21,977 nucleotides of DNA from Abditibacteriaceae bacterium (GTDB lineage Bacteria; Armatimonadota; Abditibacteriia; Abditibacteriales; Abditibacteriaceae). Both the position numbers and the translations under genes were made by a program. The stretch covers positions 1 to 21,977 of the forward strand of contig JANPJS010000041.1 of assembly GCA_031425655.1 (NCBI GenBank), written 5' to 3'. Under the pieces are notes generated by a model, which ran no database searches, had not been told where the DNA came from, and saw only the letters and a program-made list of their open reading frames with translations. Below are positions 16,419 through 21,977 of the stretch, in pieces (the stretch's first letter is position 1; every line of letters starts with the position of its first letter).

Positions 16419-16457
16419 CATCCGGCATACAGGCGATACCGACAAACACCGGCCTAA

Positions 16458-16601
16458 TGCGTGTCCACAGGAGTTGTTGTTCGATAGCGGGGCTGCGCCC
16501 TCTTCCAAACTTTGAGAGCCTCCTATAGCTCGATTGGAAGGGGGCGCAAGCCCCGCTATCGAGATTTTCACATTCTGAACAATAACTCTTGTGGAGATGC
16601 A
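16458..16601. mobile_element. MITE D (144 bp) inserted in the R'' box of attC3
   Basis: 25-bp TIRs TGCGTGTCCACAGGAGTTGTTGTTC / GAACAATAACTCTTGTGGAGATGCA (21/25). CTAA is duplicated at 16454-16457 and 16602-16605. Internal IR at 16481-16508/16534-16562. Confidence 0.8.
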
Positions 16602-16675
16602 CTAACAAGGCGCTACCTCTGACCGGCGGCAGCTTCGTTCGCTGCGCTTCCGGCGGGTGAGCTTAGTCGTTGTTC
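16600..16675 (+). repeat. Integron attC site 3
   Basis: CACTAAC-AAGGCGCT..GACCGGCGGCAGCTTCGTTCGCTGCGCTTCCGGCGGGTGAGCTTAGTC-GTTGTTC. Shares the GCTTCCGGCGG..GGTGAGCTTA.TCGTT core with attC2. Confidence 0.75.
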
Positions 16676-16760
16676 CGTCGCGATCGGCGTTTCGGCACGC
16701 ATCACGTTCTTTATTCACCTTACGCAATGGGGTATGGTAGGCAGGTCACCCAACAAGGTG

Positions 16761-16910
16761 ATGAGTAACGAAGTTGTGTTTATCGAAATGAACCCCGAAG
16801 ACGGCATTTACGAGCCGCTCATTGGTTACATCGTTCTGGAGCAATGTCAAGCTGCCGTTGATATGTTGGGTCACCGACTCATGCACGCCAAGCGTATGGA
16901 CTTAAAATGA
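16761..16910 (+). pseudogene. C-terminal gene fragment, possibly a clan AA aspartyl-protease-like protein
   Basis: 49-aa ORF MSNEVVFIEMNPEDGIYEPLIGYIVLEQCQAAVDMLGHRLMHAKRMDLK. The EPLIGYIVLE..VD...HRL pattern resembles the retropepsin-like C-terminal motif. No DTG catalytic motif is present in frame upstream. Confidence 0.55.
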
Positions 16911-16926
16911 GGCGCAAACAAACGAC

Positions 16927-16964
16927 AAAAAGGACAAGAGGTGAAATCACCTCTTGTCCTTTTT
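16927..16964. terminator. Bidirectional intrinsic terminator
   Basis: Perfect 18-bp IR AAAAAGGACAAGAGGTGA-AA-TCACCTCTTGTCCTTTTT with U-tracts on both strands, between convergent units. Confidence 0.88.
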
Positions 16965-17006
16965 CATTGCTTCGGCGGGTCGTTGCGTGTGCAGGGCGTC
17001 GAATTT

Positions 17007-20000
17007 TTACGGCGCGTTTTTAAATTCCCATTTGCCCCACAACTGCGGCGTGAGTTGGGCTTCGGAGGGCACGTCGGCGGTGATGCCCGTGGCTTTGTTG
17101 CTCCAATAAACGCGCTGCAAAGTCTGGAATCCGTTGCCGCGCAGAATGCCGATGTCACCTTTAATGCTTTGTCCGGCATCGGCTTTTAAATTCAGAGCCG
17201 CAATCGGAATCGAGATTTCGTAGTTGCCGTCGGCGCTTGCGAACTGCACTTTGTCGCTGATGTCGTCCACGCGATCAATATTGATCGTGCGCCACGGCGA
17301 CGAAAACGGCACCGGCTCTTTCGTGCCCGGCACGACGGCGCGGTAAAGCATGGCCAGCGTTTTTCCTTTCACTTGCGTAATCAACAAACGCGCATCGCCT
17401 TCGACTGGGTTTGGGCGCTTGGCGTCGGCGGCGGGGTTGGCGCCGAGCATTAAATCGAGGGCACCGCCGGTTTTAAAGGGCGCGTTCGACACTTCGCCGG
17501 TATTACGCAGCAGGTTCGCATCGCCGGTGCGCCACGCAGCGTAAAGACGGTCGCCGGCAATGGTAACGGCGCCGGCTACGTCATACGGTTTGGAGTTGGA
17601 ATCGAAGTTTGCGGCCACGCCACTTTTGTCAATCGAGGCCCAATCGGAGCCGGCCCAGTCGTCGAGTTTGCCGTCCACGACGGGCGGCGCGGCGCGCAGG
17701 GCCACTTGCAGCGTGCCGGTGCCCTGATTTTGCTGGCGCTGCGCTTCCGATTGCACGAAGTAGCTCTGTGCGTTCTTCAAATCGTCCGCTGTGACGCGCA
17801 GCGGCATGGCGGGCAGGCGGCGGATGCTTTCCAGTCCGTCCACGCGCACGATATTCGGCAGGCTGCTGTTCAGGTAAATCTGCCCGTCCGAAGTTTGATT
17901 GATGGTCGGCCAGAAGTTTTCGTCGTGCAGGCTCAGGTTGTTGACGCGCATATTGCGCTCGGCGATGGGCATCGTCCACGTTTTGGCTTGGCGCACGTCC
18001 TGAAAAAGCTGCGCTACGAAAAGCCCGTCCTGCGTGAAGATATACATATTGCCCATGTTGCCGTTGACCGCCCATAGTGGCCCGGCCTCGCCGCGTTTGG
18101 GCGTGACCATGTTGCCGATGAGTCGCGTGTGGCCAATGACTTGGCCGGGAAAACTGGGCGGCGGTGCCTCGTGGCTGGCGTGCAGACCGGGCCACGGCGA
18201 AGGATAGCTCCACAGCGCCGCGCCATTTTTCGAGCCGCCTAAGCTAAACGGACTAAACGGCTTCGGCGCGTTGGTGTGAATCGTCCAGCCGTCCGTGCCG
18301 ACTAAGGCTTGATCGCCGCCCGACGAAGCCGGCGGCTGCGCTCCGGCGACGAGCGTTTGGCCCGCCGACAAGTCGTAAAGCGGCACGCCTTGCGCGGTGA
18401 ATTTTTGCGGCGCGAAACGCATGGATGCATCGTCCACGCGCGAGGCCACAAACGACAAATCCGGCATGACGGTGATGCCGCCCGTGGCCTTTTTCACGAA
18501 CGTCACCTCGTCCGGCTGCATTAAGCCATCGCCGCTGGCATCCGACCAGCAAAACGCGGTCTGGTTTTTCCCGCGATCTCCTTTGAGATCAACACCGGCG
18601 GGCCAGCGTGGTTTGAAGATGTCGCCTTTGAGCAAATCCCAATCGTTGGCATGACCCAACGCCGCGACGGGAACCGCGATACCGTTCTTTTCCAGCCACA
18701 GCATGGCGATGGCGGCGCCGTTGGTGGGATTGCTGTTGAAGCAGTTGGTGAGATAGCGGCGCCCGTTGAGATAAAGCGGCGTTTCCGGCACGCCACCAGA
18801 GCCGTAGCCGTTGGGCACTGGCAATTCCTGCGGCCCCGGACGGAAAAGGACGTTGACCGGCGCGTTGGCACCGGTTTTCCAGTCGAGCTTGAATTCTATG
18901 CCGTGATAATAAAAGCGCGTTTTGTCCTGCGGATCGAGCGTGCCGCCGCCGCCGTATTCCGACGGGCCGTAAAAAGCGTTGACGAACTTGCCTTCGGTTG
19001 TCCAAACGCTGACGCGCTTCGGCTGATAATCTTCCTCGGCGACCCAAAGTTTGTTTTCCGCATCAATTGCCAAACCCTTCGGGTTGTTCATGTGCTGCGC
19101 GTCATACGGCCCGGCTTTGGGCGCTCCGGCATGGCCGATGGCGCGTAATAATTTGCCCGTCGGCTCGAAGACTTTCACCTGATGAGAGTTGCCCCGGTCG
19201 CTGACGTAGATGTTGCCCGCTGCATCAAGCGTGATGCCCTGCGGGTCTTCGAGATTATCCACCAGCACTTGCGGCGCGGGAAAGGCAGCAGCATTGGCGC
19301 CTGCCGGCACATTGAAAAGTTCGAGCGCGTTCAGCGACCAGAAAGAATCGGTTGTCGTTCCGGTCTGCGTGATTTTGAGAAAACGCGCCGAGGTCGGCGG
19401 CAGATTAATTGAGGTCACGCTTGGCGCGCCTTGTCCTGCTGCAATGTTGTTCCAAAGCTGGCCGTCGTCCGAAACCGCGACTTCATAGCCGGAAGGCAAG
19501 TCGCGGTCGGCGCTGGAACTCAAAACCACGCGCGAAAAGGTTTGCGGCGCTTTCATATCGAGGCTGAACCATTGGCCGGGCGCCTGTGCTGCATTCGTTG
19601 ACCAACGGCTGTTGGCGTCGGCGTCAATGGCTTTGGCCGCTTCTTCGGTGCGCGTGCTGGCCGATGCCGTCCAGCCGACGGAACTAAGGCGTGTGGCGGC
19701 TGAAAAACTCGCGGGCAGCGTGTAGCGCAAGAGTTTTGTGCCCGATAACGCTAATAAACGCCCTTGATTATCGAAAGCGAGGCCGCGACCGTCGGTTAAC
19801 GGCACGACGGCGCGCTGGGCGTGCAACGCGGCATCCACGAGCAGCAGTTGGTTTTGCTTCGGCAGGCTCGCGGCTAACAATCCGTTATGAACAGCGATGC
19901 CGCCAAGCATCGAGCTATCTTTCTTTTCCTGCTCGGTTGTGCCGGGAAATTTGAAGGGCGGCTTGAGGATGGCTTTATCGCCGCCCGCAGTCAGCGCGGT

Positions 20001-21737
20001 CAAGCGCAACTCGCCTTCCCACGCGGCGCCGACGTAAGCGAAGGCATCGGGCGCCGCTTTGTCGCCGGCATCGCGGGCTAAATAAGGCGCCGCCGTCCAG
20101 TTGCCGCCGATCCAGCCGCGCCCGCCCTGCTTACGCCCGTTGAGACTAACCCAAGCTAAGCCGGAGCCGCCTTCGCTGATATAACTGCCCAAATAAACCA
20201 GAGGCTTGCCGCCCGGAGCGGCGCGCGCGGGCACGAAGAGCGCGCTCGAAGGCGGCGTGTGATTGGTCAGCCAGCCGCCGGTGCCGTCGGCGGTTTCCCA
20301 CGCCGGCTGGCCCGCGCTGTAAATCGAAAACTCGTAATGCAGATCAATGGCCTTGCGATAAAGGCCGCGCACGCGATACGCTCCCGGCTGCACGAACTGG
20401 GCGGGAATATGATACAAGCCGTGCTTTGCCGCTTCTTCGTCGCGCAGCAGGTCATCCATGCCGTCCCACCAAACTACGTTTGGCCCGGCGGGGAAAAGTG
20501 TTTCGGCCACCAAATTCCGCACGCGCTTGCCGCTTTGACCTTCGATAACCAGAGTGACATAACCCGCCGTGGGCAGTGTGAAGCGAATCGGAATCGGCGG
20601 ATGCGGCGCGGCGACAACCGGCAGCGGCGGCAAAATCGCGGTTTTTACATCGGCGGCGTCAAGCGGCTGCAAGGCCATTAATTCACCGAGCCAGACCCGT
20701 TTACCGCCTTTGGTGTTGCCGTTGAGGTGCCCATGTCCTTCTTTGGTGACTTGGGTTAAGCGCAGTCGGATGGCGCGCGTAGTGACGGTTTGACCGAAAT
20801 CCATCCAGTTGGGGCCAAGAGCGCGCGGATACTGATTTTCAATCGCATCGAAAGTCCTAATAGTCTTCCAATCGGCGTTGCCGGCCTCGCGCGGATGCTT
20901 GTCGGCGGGGCCGCTGTAGGCTTGCACGTCCGTCGCACCAAAGCCGGCCCAAAGCGCGTTCAGGCCGCGCAGAGAAACCGCGCGTGGCCATGTCAGGATT
21001 ATCCATTCGGGCCGCTCGGCGACGGGCAGGGCCGCGCCCTGAGCGCCGTTATCCCAGATGCCCCACGTTCCGTCGTTGCTGCCGTTGTTGATTTTCGCGG
21101 CGACTTCATCGCGGGCGCTGGTCGTAGCAACCGCCTGCGGCGCGATGTTGGTCATGCGCTCGCTCATCACGAAAATGCCGCCGAGCCAGCCGGCATAGGT
21201 GTTGTCGGTTGGTGCGGCGGTGTGCGTGAAGCGTAATGCGCGCGTGCTGGTGTTGGGCGGCAAAGTCCAGAGCGCGTAATCTTCGTTGCCGGCTTCGGCG
21301 CGCGACACTTCGCCGCCTTTGAGCCGCGTGGCGGGAATCCATTGCGCGTCGTCCGCAAGATTGCCGGGATAAGGCGCTGCCGCTTTGAGAACGCTGAGTT
21401 GACCGCCCGCGCGCACCAAAACCGAGCCGATGGCGAGCGGCGCTTTGAATGCGATTCGCAAATGCCGAACGCCCGGCGTGTTCGAGGCGCCAAAGCGCAC
21501 GCCGTCCCATTCCGGCGCGGAATTTTGCGTCCACGAAACGTGTCGCGGCCCATCTTTTAACGCGACGGGCGTTTCGGCTCCGTCCGTCCACTGCGCGAAA
21601 GCTGCGAGATCGAGATTGTCGAGCGCGAGGGGTGTCTCGAAAGCCGTTTTCGCGGCCACAGCGGGTTGCGCCAGTGCGTGATTATGCGAGGCCAATACGA
21701 GCGCGATTAGTAAAGCGTTGAGCAGTTTTGGTTTCAT
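17007..21737 (-). CDS. Large secreted multi-domain protein: galactose-binding/discoidin-like, FlgD Ig-like, NHL beta-propeller, F5/8 type C (CBM32), C-terminal CBM9/DOMON-like
   Basis: Signal peptide; IRFTLPTAGYVTLVIE..GKRVRNLV..WWDG (FlgD-like); PQGITLDAAGNIYVSD and PKGLAIDAENKLWVAE (NHL); WTASAS..AIDADANSRWST..GQWFSLDM (F5/8C); PVVDGKLDDW (CBM9-like). Confidence 0.88.
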   Translation of the reverse strand: MKPKLLNALLIALVLASHNHALAQPAVAAKTAFETPLALDNLDLAAFAQWTDGAETPVALKDGPRHVSWTQNSAPEWDGVRFGASNTPGVRHLRIAFKAPLAIGSVLVRAGGQLSVLKAAAPYPGNLADDAQWIPATRLKGGEVSRAEAGNEDYALWTLPPNTSTRALRFTHTAAPTDNTYAGWLGGIFVMSERMTNIAPQAVATTSARDEVAAKINNGSNDGTWGIWDNGAQGAALPVAERPEWIILTWPRAVSLRGLNALWAGFGATDVQAYSGPADKHPREAGNADWKTIRTFDAIENQYPRALGPNWMDFGQTVTTRAIRLRLTQVTKEGHGHLNGNTKGGKRVWLGELMALQPLDAADVKTAILPPLPVVAAPHPPIPIRFTLPTAGYVTLVIEGQSGKRVRNLVAETLFPAGPNVVWWDGMDDLLRDEEAAKHGLYHIPAQFVQPGAYRVRGLYRKAIDLHYEFSIYSAGQPAWETADGTGGWLTNHTPPSSALFVPARAAPGGKPLVYLGSYISEGGSGLAWVSLNGRKQGGRGWIGGNWTAAPYLARDAGDKAAPDAFAYVGAAWEGELRLTALTAGGDKAILKPPFKFPGTTEQEKKDSSMLGGIAVHNGLLAASLPKQNQLLLVDAALHAQRAVVPLTDGRGLAFDNQGRLLALSGTKLLRYTLPASFSAATRLSSVGWTASASTRTEEAAKAIDADANSRWSTNAAQAPGQWFSLDMKAPQTFSRVVLSSSADRDLPSGYEVAVSDDGQLWNNIAAGQGAPSVTSINLPPTSARFLKITQTGTTTDSFWSLNALELFNVPAGANAAAFPAPQVLVDNLEDPQGITLDAAGNIYVSDRGNSHQVKVFEPTGKLLRAIGHAGAPKAGPYDAQHMNNPKGLAIDAENKLWVAEEDYQPKRVSVWTTEGKFVNAFYGPSEYGGGGTLDPQDKTRFYYHGIEFKLDWKTGANAPVNVLFRPGPQELPVPNGYGSGGVPETPLYLNGRRYLTNCFNSNPTNGAAIAMLWLEKNGIAVPVAALGHANDWDLLKGDIFKPRWPAGVDLKGDRGKNQTAFCWSDASGDGLMQPDEVTFVKKATGGITVMPDLSFVASRVDDASMRFAPQKFTAQGVPLYDLSAGQTLVAGAQPPASSGGDQALVGTDGWTIHTNAPKPFSPFSLGGSKNGAALWSYPSPWPGLHASHEAPPPSFPGQVIGHTRLIGNMVTPKRGEAGPLWAVNGNMGNMYIFTQDGLFVAQLFQDVRQAKTWTMPIAERNMRVNNLSLHDENFWPTINQTSDGQIYLNSSLPNIVRVDGLESIRRLPAMPLRVTADDLKNAQSYFVQSEAQRQQNQGTGTLQVALRAAPPVVDGKLDDWAGSDWASIDKSGVAANFDSNSKPYDVAGAVTIAGDRLYAAWRTGDANLLRNTGEVSNAPFKTGGALDLMLGANPAADAKRPNPVEGDARLLITQVKGKTLAMLYRAVVPGTKEPVPFSSPWRTINIDRVDDISDKVQFASADGNYEISIPIAALNLKADAGQSIKGDIGILRGNGFQTLQRVYWSNKATGITADVPSEAQLTPQLWGKWEFKNAP

Positions 21738-21805
21738 GGCGTGCTTCTCGTATTTTTCCGATTTAAGGGTTTATTGCAAAAGTTGGAGTCCGTTCGTTTT
21801 TTCGA

Positions 21806-21941
21806 AGGGGGGCTAACGCCCAATGGCATTAAGTTAAGCGATGAAGAAGCGTGGCTTCCCTCCCTCCGGGAGGGATTGAGGGAGGGCAAGACGGGGGGGT
21901 GGCCGCCGGGCACCCCCCCCCAAACACCCCCCCAAGGGGGG
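21806..21941. repeat. IS4-like terminal repeat followed by G/C-run REP-like hairpins (probable partial MITE at the window end)
   Basis: CAATGGCATTAAGTTAAG (21821-21838) resembles the IS4 end (TAATGCCGATCAGTTAAG, from recall). It is followed by CCCTCCCTCCGGGAGGG and CCCCCCCAAGGGGGGG. No partner IR is present, and the homopolymer runs may be low-quality sequence. Confidence 0.45.
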
Positions 21942-21977
21942 GTAAAATGTGATTGAAACCAGTAAAAAAAAACCATT

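Noticed and set aside
16411..16608. ORFs 16411-16608 (minus) and 16337-16528 (plus)
   Set aside because: They overlap the TA promoter and MITE D; no coding signature.
14282..16675. The three related repeats as a CRISPR array
   Set aside because: They are 76-89 bp, divergent and separated by whole genes; they fit attC structure.
21734..21976. ORFs 21734-21976 (minus) and 21741-21956 (plus)
   Set aside because: Pro/Gly-rich translations of G/C homopolymer hairpins in probable repeat or low-quality sequence.
1..21977. Integron integrase, cas genes, tRNA/rRNA
   Set aside because: No tyrosine-recombinase, Cas or structural RNA signatures were recognised in the window.

Overview
GC-rich bacterial window. 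The gene content (PSD1/DUF1501 pairs, FlgD/NHL giant protein) points to a PVC- or Armatimonadota/Abditibacteriota-like organism; this is inference only. From left to right: (1) the 5' end of a probable IS4-family transposase running off the window edge; (2) an exported cyclophilin plus an SGNH hydrolase; (3) two paralogous [di-haem PSD1/DUF1549-DUF1553 + Tat-exported DUF1501] operons arranged head-to-head, with a tiny ISAs1-like scar between them; (4) a solitary CRISPR-like repeat and a secreted hypothetical protein; (5) about 700 bp of nested MITE/REP elements; (6) an integrase-less integron cassette array (CALIN) with three related attC sites and possibly a fourth truncated one, carrying a membrane ORF, an orphan soluble histidine kinase, an inverted Gp49/RelE-Xre toxin-antitoxin pair and a gene fragment; (7) a strong terminator and a 1576-aa secreted multi-domain beta-propeller/carbohydrate-binding protein. 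The most notable signals are a 144-bp MITE inserted in an attC R'' box (removing it restores the cassette's core-site complementarity), several different IS-derived shells each wrapping a different REP-like doublet, and the solitary CRISPR-like repeat. All calls come from reading the sequence by eye; no searches were run.
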